From assembly GCA_051362555.1 (NCBI GenBank), contig CM120642.1, forward strand, positions 21,080,001 through 21,144,000: a stretch of DNA of 64,000 nucleotides, given 5' to 3'. The DNA is from Lingula anatina. Its lineage: Eukaryota > Animalia > Brachiopoda. Position numbers and translations under genes: made by a program. Below the pieces are notes generated by a model, which saw nothing but the letters and a program-made list of their open reading frames with translations, ran no database searches and was not told where the DNA came from. Below, one piece after another: positions 51,501-60,165 of the stretch (within the stretch, counting starts at the first letter, position 1; each line of letters begins with the position of its first letter).

Positions 51501-54500
51501 GATGCACTGTTACATAATTCTTTAAAATAGCATAATCACTTACCCTCTTACATTATGTACTACAGGTAACACGAACATTGAAAAACTAGCAAGTGATTCA
51601 GTTCCATGGGATTTAAAAGCCACTGAAAATGCTAATGTGTGAAAAATAAAAAAATTCACAAAAAAAAAAAAGAATAAATACTGTAAATGTAAACTGATCA
51701 TGCCGATTTTTGAAAGCAACCTGTCTCTTTACCAAACAATGCAACTCAGTAAAAAAAAATACAGGTATTTATGGGACAAATGCCATGTGTCAGTGACGAT
51801 GCAGACAGTCAGACCAATCAGAATACATACAGACGCTTTAAGTGTCTGCATATAAAACATGTTTGTAAGAGTACATTTAAGGTGTCATTATTATCATGTG
51901 TCCTACTTCATAGCGTTGGTTGTCAATCCCCTCAAATATCTTTTTTTCTTTGCTTTCTTTATGCCACTATTATGTAAATACAAGGTGACTGTTCAACTAA
52001 GTTATGATGTCATAACCAGCAGACATGTAGATATAATACAGCCAAGTGGCACGGCAAACAATGCCTGTTCTATAATTTTTAATTTGTTTGATAGGTTTAC
52101 ATGACAATTTTTGTCTCTAAGACACAATGCACATGACAAAACAAAGGTTTCAAATATAATTAAGTGTACCAAAAATAAATCCACAAAGGTACATGTATGT
52201 CTTATTCATTGATAGTGACCACTTAAAACTTTAAAATGAATTACTCAAATTTGACAAAAATGATAAAGTAGTGCTCCATGTCAAAGTAGTGTTCCATGAG
52301 TTTTTATGTACATTTTTCACTCAAAATTTTGTGACAAAATCTAGAAGGAAAACAGTGTATTAACATGATAGTGGTTAGATCTTTTGGTCAGTAATGAACA
52401 TACCAAAGAAAAACATTCTAACTTGAATCCACATAAACCTATGCTTATCCAAAAACAATTCTAACCTTGCTCTCTGTGACATGTTAAAATGAAGTCCTCA
52501 AAAGAAATTGGTAAGGCAATGCACTATACACGCTGGATAATATGCATATGCTACTAGCAAAGAAAATTTTGTAACTTACATATAACTTGAAATATTTACA
52601 CCAGAAAAAAAGCTTCATAGTCTTCTTATAGTAAATACATATATATGTTCTTATCTTCACTGACAACAATGAAGATATCACAGTAGCCCACCTTGACACA
52701 TCAGTGTATGCATATAAAAAGGATCAAATCTTAGGGACCATTCCCACAGATATTTGGATCGATCTATCTCCCTGGGGAGTCTCACTAAATTGCTATCGAC
52801 TTAACCGGCTTAAATTATCTATACCCCTAGCTGATTCGGTAGGGGTGACAGACATTTAAGCCGGTTAGTTGATAGCAATTTAGAGTGAGACTCCCCAGGG
52901 AGTTAGGGCGATCCAGATGGATCGATCTAGGCACGGGAACCCAGTCTTAAATGTGTTGCAGCCAACCATGTTGTTACCTGCTCTGCTGTGCTAGTAGTTG
53001 TTCCAGTGTATCTGTGCCAGTAGCCACAATCTCCAGCAGTGCTCGGCCAGCTTCACTGAATAACATGCCATGGACACAAACTGAGCGCAGACTGGGCTCT
53101 GACCTGAAATTGATCAAGATGTTATGAAATTTAATTCTGGAATATTTTTAATTGTAAGTGTAATGGATGCCTGTACGTGTAGAAAAAATTAATAATAATA
53201 AAAAATAAATAAATAAAAAAAATTCTTAAAGCTTAAAGTAAAGGTCTAAAAGTAAATGTCTAAAATATCCCAAATGCAGTGCACTCCTTCATCGCTCACA
53301 ACAGGTACAATGATTACCATTTGTTACCCTTAAATTGGTTAGTAATATTATTGTCACCTATTTCTAAGATATTAACCTTTGCCAGCTATCTATAGAACAA
53401 ACACAGTTTTCATGATATCATGGGAATTGTAGCAAGACCAAACTTCTAAAGCAATTTAAATCTTGATGCCATTTTGCAGCATTTTGTATCTTTCATTTTG
53501 TCTAAACAAAAACATGAAAGCCAGGAGAATCCCATTTAAAGGAAAGTGTATCTAAAATTTTGTGACAAGTGGTTGGATATTTGTTGGTTGTTTCATGATG
53601 ATTTTGCCTTGTAATCCATATCATGCTAACCAGCTGGGGGAAGAACGTGGATCTTGAGAAGATAGATAATAATATACTTTGCAAATTTAAAGCAAAACAA
53701 AAATCAGGCATGTTGCTAGTAGGACAAATGTTGCAAAGGCACTGGAAAAAAATGTAAAAAAAAATGGTTTTACAGTTATGATCTGAGCAAATGTATTGGA
53801 GAGTCACAATGACAAACAATACAGGTTGAAAACTTACTTGGCATTTTGAGTAGTATCTGTGAGAGTGAGGATCTTGTGGAAGATGTCCAAACATTTGTAA
53901 CCTTAAATAAAAAATACTGTATAATTAAGAGTGTACTCTGCATGCGTCAGAAGCGTCATGCTTCATGCCTCTGAGATGTGGGCTGCCACCAGTGACACTA
54001 TTCAACGACTGCTCCGTAATGACCGAGCCATGATCAGATGGATCTGCAATGTCAAGCTAAAAGACGAGGCTAGCTCTGATTCTCTGCTCCTGAAGTTGGG
54101 TCTGCAGGACATTGAAGAAGTGCTGCGCCTCAGTAGACTCCGATGGTTCGGGCATATAGAGAGAAGCGATGGCTGGATTAACCGCGTGAGAGAAGTTGAA
54201 GTAGTGGAGGATAGAAAGAGGCCTTGCAGACCAAAGTTAGCTTGGAAGGACGTGGTGAGAAGAGACAGGGAAGCGCTTGGTCTAGTCGGCGAGGACCCTC
54301 AGGATAAATCAAGTTGGAGAGGAAGACTGCGTGTCAGACTGGCCCCACCCTCTGTTAAGGATTAATCCCGTCCAGTATAAAATAAACTCTGATGATGATG
54401 ATAATGATGAAGAGATCAGAGGTACGTACTAATGCCTCTTGTGTTTGTAACACCAGCAGGATTAAATACATAAAATGTTCTTAGCCTGTACATCAAAAAT

Positions 54501-55863
54501 TGAGCAAGCTGGACTCCTACATACCACAAGCATCCCATATACCTATAAATCTAGTGTCTCAGTGCTCACACTGGTAGCACAATAACCAATGAAACTAAAG
54601 GATTTTAAATTAGCCAATAAATCCTCATGCTAGAAATTAGAGGATCTCTCATCAAAAGCATCATAGAATCTTATGCAGTCTGTGCAATAAACCTTTTAGC
54701 TTACTGATCATTCAGACCACATCCGTTCAGTTTCCTTACATCTACTGGACAGGATCTACTGTTCGGATGAAATTTCAATAAGACTAGACATATCCTGTTA
54801 TTGCATAAATATTAGTAAAAACAAGAAATGATTTTTTTAAATAAAAAAAACAACATAAGATTGAGTATATAGGACTTCCCATCCAAGTTCAATAGTAAAT
54901 ACATGATTTGGATATTTTAGAAGTGTGGTTCATGGTGAAAAGTAGGCCAAAGGTCAAATTTAAGGTCATATGAAGACTGTCATGTTATGAGTTATGTTAT
55001 AAGTTCCTTTTCAAGATCAGGAGTAATTAAGGGGCATATCTCTGCCAGTTTTGGAGATATAAGGACTGGAAAATTTGCAAAGAGCAGTTTCTAGTGAAAA
55101 GTAGGTCAAAGGTCAATTGCAAGGTCACAGTTAGGTTGCCCCCATTTAACTTCCAATTCAGGTTCACTAGTAACTATGGGCATACTTCTGCTAAGTTGGA
55201 GTATTTCATGATCTTCACCTCTGAATATTGTGATGTATACTTTTTCATAAAGCGCAACTCTAACGATATGAAAAAAAAAAAACAGACACCTCATCTAGTT
55301 TTGTGCTTTACAAGCTCTACAAAATGAAAAAAAAACAAAAAAAAACAAGACGTCTCTAGCATTTACAGTTCCAAAATTAAAGAAAGTTTTCAGTTTCAGC
55401 ATCTTATGGCTGCTTCTCCCATGATAATGTACCAATTGACCCCAAACTCATGAAGATGAAAGATGACCCCAAGTGTAACACCTGCCCATAATATTATTCC
55501 CAATTTTTGAAAATAATGGCCCGTTTGACCTTGAAAGAAAGGTCAAATCCAAGGAAATATTTGAAATCTCCATATGACTTTCGATAAGCCATCTATTAAT
55601 AATTTTTTCACTACGACCCATACTCACACTAGACCCATACACCAACAAAGCCCAAACTTTACGTGGATGGAGTTGAGATTATGTTTGACCAAAACCCAAG
55701 AGATGGGTATGCAGGCTTTGTAGAATAAGAGGAGAAGAGGTAACGGTGACATGACGGCAGAGTCGGCAGCTGAGACAGACAAGATGGGTCCTGACTAAAA
55801 CCATGTGAACCGCCAGCACTGCACTTGTTGCCCATAGTTCTTTTGGAATTATATTATAATAAC

Positions 55864-55900
<37 letters not shown>

Positions 55901-58900
55901 TTTTGTGGAATGAAGCTGAACACAAAGTGTGAAATAACTACATATACCAGTTAATGCTTATCTAAAAACTAGACATAAAATACAAAACATACTAAGTCAT
56001 TATATATAAAGATATACATAGAAACAGGGTAGATGACATATAGAAATGTTGGGGGCTGAAATATTTTTCATAAGTCACAATAACTTTCACCTAAACAACA
56101 GGTTAATCTTACATAAATCAGAAATTTAGATTATATTTTATAGAGTGAACAATACAGAAATGACTCTAAGTAGTACAAAATTAAATTTTGAAAATAAATA
56201 AATAAACTAGAGGATCAGAGAGGCGATACCGCCTCCGAATATTGTACCACCAGCTGGAGCAAGCGCATTCGTATAGACCCCCACATACGCAAAATAAGGG
56301 ACACAGCCACCAGTCTTATGCTTGACAAGCTGTAAAAATGCAATCAACAAGAATTTTCAAAATACGCAAATAATATATATAACTTAAAATGGTACAATCA
56401 AAGTTAAGTTCATTGTAAGGTAGGTCAAAGGTCAATTTCAAGGTCACAGTAAATTTCCAGTATATGACTTCCTATTCAACTTCAATAGTAACTATGGACC
56501 TATCTCTGCCATGTTTGGAGTTAAAAGAGAAAGAAATTAGCAGAGTTCAGTTCATGATTATAAGTAGGTCAAAGGTCAATTTCAAGGTCACACTTATATT
56601 GCCAGTATATGACTTCCTATTCAAGTTCAATAGTAACTATGGACCTATCTCGCTAGTTTTGGAAATAAAAGGGAACCAAAATTTGCAAAGTTCAATTCAT
56701 GATAAAAAGTAGGTCAAAGGTCAATTTCAAGGTCACATTTAGATTGCCAGTATATGACTTCCTATTCAACTTCAATAGTAACTATGGACCTATCTCTGCC
56801 AGGTTTGGAGTTAAAAGAGAAAGAAATTAGCAGAGTTCAGTTCATGGTGAAAAGTAGGTCAAAGGTCAATTTTAAGGTCACATTTAGATTGCCAGTATAT
56901 GACTTCCTATTCAACTTCAATAGTAACTATGGACCTATCTCTGCTAGTTTTGGAGATAAAGGGAAGCAAAATTTTCCAAAGTTCAGTTTATGGTGAAAAG
57001 TAGGTCAAAGGTCAATTTTAAGGTCACATTTAGATTGCCAGTATATGACTTCCTATTCAACTTCAATAGTAACTATGGACCTATCTCTGCTAGTTTTGGA
57101 GATAAAGGGAAGCAAAATTTTCCAAAGTTCAGTTTATGGTGAAAAGTAGGTCAAAGGTCAATTTAAAGGTCACATTTAGAATGCCAGTATATGACTTCCT
57201 ATTCCACTTCAATAGTAACTATGGACCTATCTCTGCCAGTTTTGGAGATAAAAGGGAACCAAAATTTGCAAAGTTCAATTCATGATAAAAAGTAGGTCAA
57301 AGGTCAATTTCAAGGTCACATTTAGATTGCCAGTACATGACTTCCTATTCAACTTCAATAGTAACTATGGACTTATCTCTGCCAGTTTTGGAGATAAAAG
57401 GGAGGCAAAATTTGCAAAGTTCAGTTCATGGTGAAAAGTAGGTCAAAGGTCAATTTCAAGGTCACAGTAAGATTGCCAGTACATGACTTCCTATTCAACT
57501 TCAATAGTAACTATGGACCTATCTCTGCCAGTTTTGGAGATATAAGGGACTAAATGTTATAATTTCGGAGTTACCTTAATGTGCCATAAATTTCCTACAG
57601 AAAAAATTAATTAAAATAAAGAAAAGGTCTTTTTGGTCAAAATTCTTGAAATGGGAGGTGCTCTGAAGTTCCAGAAGTTCAAATTTGATGAAATAATGTC
57701 ATTTTTGACCACAAGTTGTCTGCTTTGCCAAGCCTTATGTTTTATTTTTCCGGAGTTCAAAATTTATTATCCATTACCGTACTTCACATTTTGCTTTCAC
57801 CACCAATATGTACTTTTTGATACAGCGTAACTCGAAAACCCTATGGAATACAAAAAAACGGAGACCACCTACAGTGTTGGGCTTTACATGCTCTACAAAA
57901 TGCAAAAAAGAATGGGTCTCTAGCATTAACGGTTCCCGAATTAGAGACAGTTTTCAGTTTCGGTATCTTATGGCCGCTACACCCGTGAAAATGCACCGAT
58001 TGACCCCAAATTCACACAGATGAAAGATGACCTGAAGGGTAACATTTTCCAATAATATTATTGGTTAAGTTTGTGTGGTGTCTGAATAACAGCGCAAATA
58101 AATTTTTTTTCGAAAAAAAATTCATTTTTTTGAAAATTTTTGCCCGTTTGACCTTGAAATAAAGGTCAAAGGTCAAATCCAAGGGCATATTTGAAATCTA
58201 CACATATGACTTTTGGAAAGCCGTCTGTAGAAATTTTTCCCATAATTCCTTCCGTAGGGTAGATAATTAGCATTTAATTTTGCCATTTTTGGACAAGGGT
58301 GCATTGCAATGAGTGCCACACCTAGACCCCAATACCGACAAAGCCCAAATTTTACGTGGAACGAGTTGAGATTATAGGTGACCTAAATCCAAGAGATGAG
58401 TACCGTCTAGGAGGAGAAGCGGTAACGGTAACATGGCGGCGGAGCCGGCGGAGCCGCAGGAGCCGGCGGAACGGACCGGACGGGACTAAAACCATGTGTA
58501 CCGCCAGCGCTAACGCTGGTGGTACAATAAATAAATAAATAAGCAAATTATGCTACATTGACTCCCCTCAAAGAATTAAAAGAGATTTACATTTTAACAT
58601 TTAGTATTTATATGGTAAATGTTAAGTGAAGACAAAAATATGGCACAGACTAGGACAGATATAGTGATCGTTTCTGTATTTGGAAATCATAACAAAACCA
58701 GGACAAAATCCAACAAAGAGCTTCATTTACCTCAGACCCATACACATACCTAGGGAGTCTCTTTGCTTAAAACTGATATATCTCCACTTGCGGTAGGCTG
58801 GGAAGACCTCCCTAAGGATGAACACCAAACATGGGCTTAGCTCTTGCAATCTCTGCAGCTGACTCAATGGCTAAAAGGACAGTAAAACACACACATATAT

Positions 58901-60081
58901 ATATATAAAATCAATACTTTTGTGAAAATGAGCCAATAAGGCTGATATTCAAACTTGACCTAAATTTTATGAATATTCTTCACTTCTGTTTTGAAGACAA
59001 AAGGTAAAACAGTTTTCACTTTATTTGTATAACACTGAAAGTGCAAGTTGACAATGCCGATGACAGATATATGCGAGGGTTATATGTACAGACACATCTA
59101 TGTCTGTACATAAAAATGCTATTTTCTCAAGCAGTTAAAAATGATTTTTTAGTATGTTCATTAAGGGATCACTTGTCAATAGTGCTTTCTGAATTTTGCA
59201 TTATTTGCCATGTATGATAGGTTTGTGAAATATATGGTTAAAAGTCCATGATGTGTCTGTACATAAAAAGTGAAGAACAATTTTAGATGACAGGTTCTGA
59301 TGACAACAAGTTTATTGCCCACTAAATGCACATTCAATTACATTTGCAAACTCAGTAATACAAAATTTCTTATATTATATTATATTATATTATATTATAT
59401 TATATTATATTATATTATATTATTATAATCCTATGTTATAGTAATAGACAGTTTGTCTCAATCTTGAAGTTAAATCAACACAAAGACTAACATGTATACA
59501 ATATGATCATGATTTCCATGGCACACATATGAATTAAGTGCTATAAGTAAATTATAAACCTAGTTACTTTGATCACTGTCAGCAGTTGTCCACCTCAGGT
59601 ATCTACTTACCATAATCATGTTTTCCATCAGTTGTAGCACACTAAGAGTGACAGGGTATCTGCCTAGAGGACATTCATTCCCAGCTAGAACAATACCATA
59701 ACTGCCAGAATTGAGACCACTGCCACTGCAACATGAAGCAATACTTGGTCATTATTATATCCTTATTTTTCATATGTATTTCCTATATACACAGCTAATA
59801 AAGACAATAAACAGGCATTGAACAGATGTAGAAAGTACCCCCTCAGCCATGGTAATGTCATATCTATCTTTTCTATAACAATATTCAATTTGACCCAAGT
59901 TTTCATTTTTGCAATGTAATAGGTCACATGAGGTCCACATGACCACTGTCATATCATCTAGATAAAGGATCACCTCTGATGTATGGCTGCTTCTTGAAAC
60001 ATACCTAACAGCTTCTTCAACCAGGGTATAATTCTCCGTCCAAAATGGAAGAAGTCCAGTCTGCTGAATCAGATGCCAAAC
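11176..60081 (-). CDS. NUP188: Nucleoporin NUP188, 3' part: 30 coding exons, ~1095 aa; 5' exons lie beyond the window end
   Basis: Peptides closely resemble vertebrate NUP188 as recalled (ETQPGLIEMFL, IAQYIHHRHDP, SPMSLLACLGQDAEAIRDAYLTRL, ENTLYFLLSQTMRYLRDP, RYLRRGAPQSP). 30 GT-AG exons join in phase (3288 nt incl. stop). Confidence 0.93.
12082..12211 (-). CDS. NUP188: NUP188 penultimate exon
   Basis: HILLFVLENTLYFLLSQTMRYLRDPKLHQREKQYLKRELAAEL. Confidence 0.93.
12456..12514 (-). CDS. NUP188: NUP188 exon (short)
   Basis: SEMRAASPNRTPFPAVSVS(R); 59 nt restores phase. Confidence 0.78.
12732..12863 (-). CDS. NUP188: NUP188 exon
   Basis: SLDVNDSSPLLDLGFNTPSTEKEGPVNFGTYLACINSCVRMLSR. Confidence 0.9.
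13181..13259 (-). CDS. NUP188: NUP188 exon
   Basis: LLKLVGLSLTFLRHFTPDLCEAMLDQ. Confidence 0.9.
14285..14418 (-). CDS. NUP188: NUP188 exon
   Basis: KKHGSEPPQKVLASQSMAQHLPLQHQTSTDEVEQPSEQLVQVQE. Confidence 0.83.
14804..14878 (-). CDS. NUP188: NUP188 exon
   Basis: SSICFVSHSCISLLIRPQLLKYLLE. Confidence 0.87.
15064..15201 (-). CDS. NUP188: NUP188 exon
   Basis: CLSNVGTSLDPDDQKAAEVTSDFLCQLSPYHQQWRMQLPQLLGTML. Confidence 0.9.
16033..16167 (-). CDS. NUP188: NUP188 exon
   Basis: GSAVTLSSLYLLSVELYSAMLSTLKYTFLNDALDFLGVHQQQMEW. Confidence 0.9.
16537..16650 (-). CDS. NUP188: NUP188 exon
   Basis: SAEALALNGLAQHTCLAVSELYKENNTEKQKTVACRNQ. Confidence 0.87.
16811..16879 (-). CDS. NUP188: NUP188 exon
   Basis: ARQGHQYIQAVLLLFLSLAKYQQ. 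Confidence 0.87.
17888..19472 (-). mobile_element. HINE (non-autonomous Helentron/DINE-1-like) family A, copy 1 (chimeric; extra damaged 5' end at ~18220-18300)
   Basis: Minus strand: TT-ATGTACAGACACA-GA-TGTGTCTGTACAT 5' hairpin, (GTC/GCC)n microsatellite, central repeats, subTIR TGTCTGTACAT, short hairpin, CTTGTT end; no TSD. Confidence 0.8.
20080..20306 (-). mobile_element. Mini-HINE family C, nested in family A copy 2
   Basis: subTIR ACCTCTGCCAAGG / CCTTGGCAGAG, short GTCT/GTTT microsatellite, terminal hairpin, CTAGTT end on minus strand. Confidence 0.8.
20350..20437. repeat. Interrupted (TA)n microsatellite
   Basis: Direct reading; homologous position to (TA)n at 39523. Confidence 0.95.
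22614..27242 (-). mobile_element. HINE family A copy 3, nested in copy 2
   Basis: Both termini present; flanks ...GCTGAAAAAAGTGAA| and |AAAAGCATAACTTCCC rejoin into one 161-bp monomer. Confidence 0.8.
25850..27150 (-). repeat. Satellite-like tandem array, ~161-bp monomer, about 8 copies (central repeats of family A)
   Basis: AAAAACAGCATAAATTCCCT recurs at 26211, 26371, 26532 etc.; same monomer at ~29330-29660, 30220-31075, 45650-46950, 61970-62620, 63280-63590. Confidence 0.9.
27570..27796. mobile_element. Diverged copy of the 52730-52948 foldback element, nested in family A copy 4
   Basis: GTTCCCATACCTAGATCAATC...TCTCACTAAATTGC...GCAATTTAGCGAGA...GAGATAGATCGATCCA...GTCCCTAAG. Confidence 0.72.
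27886..27953. repeat. (TA)n microsatellite
   Basis: Direct reading. Confidence 0.95.
31915..32046 (-). CDS. NUP188: NUP188 exon
   Basis: ILTVCVTLLDELIQSIEDPAIWLPSIQEHTVLPVLLSSVQTYIQ. Confidence 0.87.
32711..32832 (-). CDS. NUP188: NUP188 exon
   Basis: (D)VLSLKSLCPVVCTLLQKVTYQLPPARKANVCSKDVELLLK. Confidence 0.82.
32878..35596 (-). mobile_element. HINE family A copy 5
   Basis: 3' end at 32878, 5' hairpin at 35565-35595, (GGCATC)n/(GAC)n microsatellite at ~35506-35550. Confidence 0.85.
35872..36026 (-). CDS. NUP188: NUP188 exon
   Basis: ILKPWTDRVYQLEVALRLSCASSEVLLPSIQLGLLGALTLATQQIKLTAKQ; phase 2/1. Confidence 0.82.
36320..36522 (-). mobile_element. Degenerate family A 5' fragment
   Basis: One diverged monomer (CTTGACC...AATATTCATCAGTTC...TTTTCCACTTATC) plus TGTGTCTGTACATAAAA. 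Confidence 0.65.
36554..36639 (-). CDS. NUP188: NUP188 exon
   Basis: LADVTDTHQVKVCSILSATSMTLLHTWA; phase 0/2. Confidence 0.8.
36812..36973. mobile_element. Possible small MITE
   Basis: CAGGCC...GGCCTG termini with subterminal C-run; no clear TSD. Confidence 0.45.
37266..37340 (-). CDS. NUP188: NUP188 exon
   Basis: REVLGLTVEAKSTILSDLLTELQAQ; phase 0/0. Confidence 0.8.
37598..37846. mobile_element. MITE with ~48-bp imperfect TIRs (PIF/Harbinger-like)
   Basis: CAGGTCTTAT...GGTGTTTACTAGCACTACCCGCAGATCT vs AGATCTGCAGGTAGTGTTAGTAAACACC...ATAAGGCCTG. Confidence 0.8.
38175..38294 (-). CDS. NUP188: NUP188 exon
   Basis: YIRRLLRKPCRHSLEDMSDDPIIQLLTAWNMVLGVAGSSK. Confidence 0.85.
39290..39474 (-). 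mobile_element. Mini-HINE family C, nested in family A copy 6
   Basis: subTIRs at 39317-39329 and 39460-39472; hairpin GCACTC-CGA-GAGTGC; empty site visible at ~60701-60725. Confidence 0.85.
39523..39588. repeat. (TA)n microsatellite
   Basis: Direct reading. Confidence 0.95.
39670..40006. mobile_element. Kolobok-like MITE, TTAA TSD
   Basis: TIR AGG(G/T)ATAATAACTCTTCG (17/18), TTAA on both sides; empty sites AGAGCTTAAC at ~20481 and ~60772. Confidence 0.88.
40737..42626 (+). repeat. Tandem array of 146-bp monomers
   Basis: AGGTCAAAGGTCA at 40877, 41023, 41169, ... (146-bp period). Confidence 0.93.
42627..42829. mobile_element. Foldback MITE (~84-bp TIRs) inside family B copy 1
   Basis: TAGTCAGGCGGCTAAGTCCAAATTTTATCCAGAATTGTGCAA...GAATGACCATTG mirrored at 42746-42829 with few mismatches. 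Confidence 0.9.
47080..47155 (-). CDS. NUP188: NUP188 exon
   Basis: TKIEKDLQIQLDVFSKNKKLLRWSE. Confidence 0.85.
47648..47724 (-). CDS. NUP188: NUP188 exon
   Basis: SSWSDEMKTVANVLRVIAMELYTVH. Confidence 0.85.
47946..48009 (-). CDS. NUP188: NUP188 exon
   Basis: PLFWGSLCAPVLRDIPVQQEE. Confidence 0.87.
48413..48516 (-). CDS. NUP188: NUP188 exon
   Basis: GTYHCLPSLLRAATDFIYALWKGQRDMAMQALRK. Confidence 0.9.
48743..48805 (-). CDS. NUP188: NUP188 exon
   Basis: TEANSLSCLKVVLELIQESKQ. Confidence 0.87.
49346..49477 (-). CDS. NUP188: NUP188 exon
   Basis: DPWLKVVILELLAVSVETQPGLIEMFLKMRSTNQEDTSGNGELA. Confidence 0.92.
50246..50335 (-). CDS. NUP188: NUP188 exon
   Basis: VSPMSLLACLGQDAEAIRDAYLTRLQGQTE. 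Confidence 0.93.
50977..51220 (-). CDS. NUP188: NUP188 exon
   Basis: GGEGCGVDLIFLVRIAFSVLNRLLLLRP...SPVEQAL...YIHHRHDPRLSALATMMLKRLAM. Confidence 0.93.
51380..51856 (-). mobile_element. Old short family A-related element with duplicated 3' end
   Basis: CAGCAAAGCTG...CAGACA twice (~51383, ~51425); degenerate 5' hairpin ACATACAGACGCTTTAAGTGTCTGCATAT at ~51825-51853. Confidence 0.6.
52730..52948. mobile_element. Palindromic foldback element
   Basis: Arms GGATCG...CTCCCCTGGGGAGTCTCACTAAATTGCTATC...CCGGCTTAAAT mirrored at ~52853-52913; diverged inverted copy at 27570-27796. Confidence 0.8.
52978..53103 (-). CDS. NUP188: NUP188 exon
   Basis: SEPSLRSVCVHGMLFSEAGRALLEIVATGTDTLEQLLAQQS. Confidence 0.9.
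53838..53901 (-). CDS. NUP188: NUP188 exon
   Basis: (G)YKCLDIFHKILTLTDTTQNA(K); phase 1/2 fits neighbours. Confidence 0.8.
53927..54414 (+). mobile_element. 5'-truncated non-LTR retrotransposon (RTE-like clade), C-terminal post-RT region
   Basis: Open frame 53931-54365 with ASEMW, RLRWFGHIER, RPKLAWKDVV motifs; AATAAA at 54381, (GAT)n tail; candidate TSD AAGAG at 53927 and 54410. Confidence 0.85.
54865..55820 (-). mobile_element. Older diverged family B relative (partial)
   Basis: About 2 diverged monomers (GTGAAAAGTAGGTCAAAGGTCAA) and body homologous to 42850-43565, ending ACTAAAACCATGTGAACCGCCAGC. Confidence 0.75.
55856..55900. repeat. (AAT)n microsatellite
   Basis: Direct reading. Confidence 0.9.
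56205..58530 (-). mobile_element. HINE family B copy 2 with ~8 x 146-bp central repeats
   Basis: Same termini as copy 1; inserted into an (AAAT)n tract; (GGAGCCGGC)n microsatellite at ~58437-58470. Confidence 0.88.
56418..57550 (+). repeat. Tandem array of ~146-bp monomers
   Basis: Same monomer as 40737-42626. Confidence 0.93.
58750..58870 (-). CDS. NUP188: NUP188 exon
   Basis: PLSQLQRLQELSPCLVFILREVFPAYRKWRYISFKQRDSL. Confidence 0.9.
58920..59114 (-). mobile_element. Degenerate family A 5' fragment
   Basis: Diverged monomer plus ATATGTACAGACACATCTATGTCTGTACATAA hairpin. Confidence 0.7.
59370..59426. repeat. (TATAT)n pentanucleotide microsatellite
   Basis: Direct reading. Confidence 0.9.
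59611..59725 (-). CDS. NUP188: NUP188 exon
   Basis: GSGLNSGSYGIVLAGNECPLGRYPVTLSVLQLMENMIM. Confidence 0.88.
60005..60081 (-). CDS. NUP188: NUP188 exon
   Basis: VWHLIQQTGLLPFWTENYTLVEEAV; phase 0/2. Confidence 0.85.
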
Positions 60082-60165
60082 CTTTCAAATGAACAAAAAT
60101 CACTCACTCAATCAACAATATGAAACAAATCAACCAAAACTAACAATTTATTAGGCAATGTTGTA

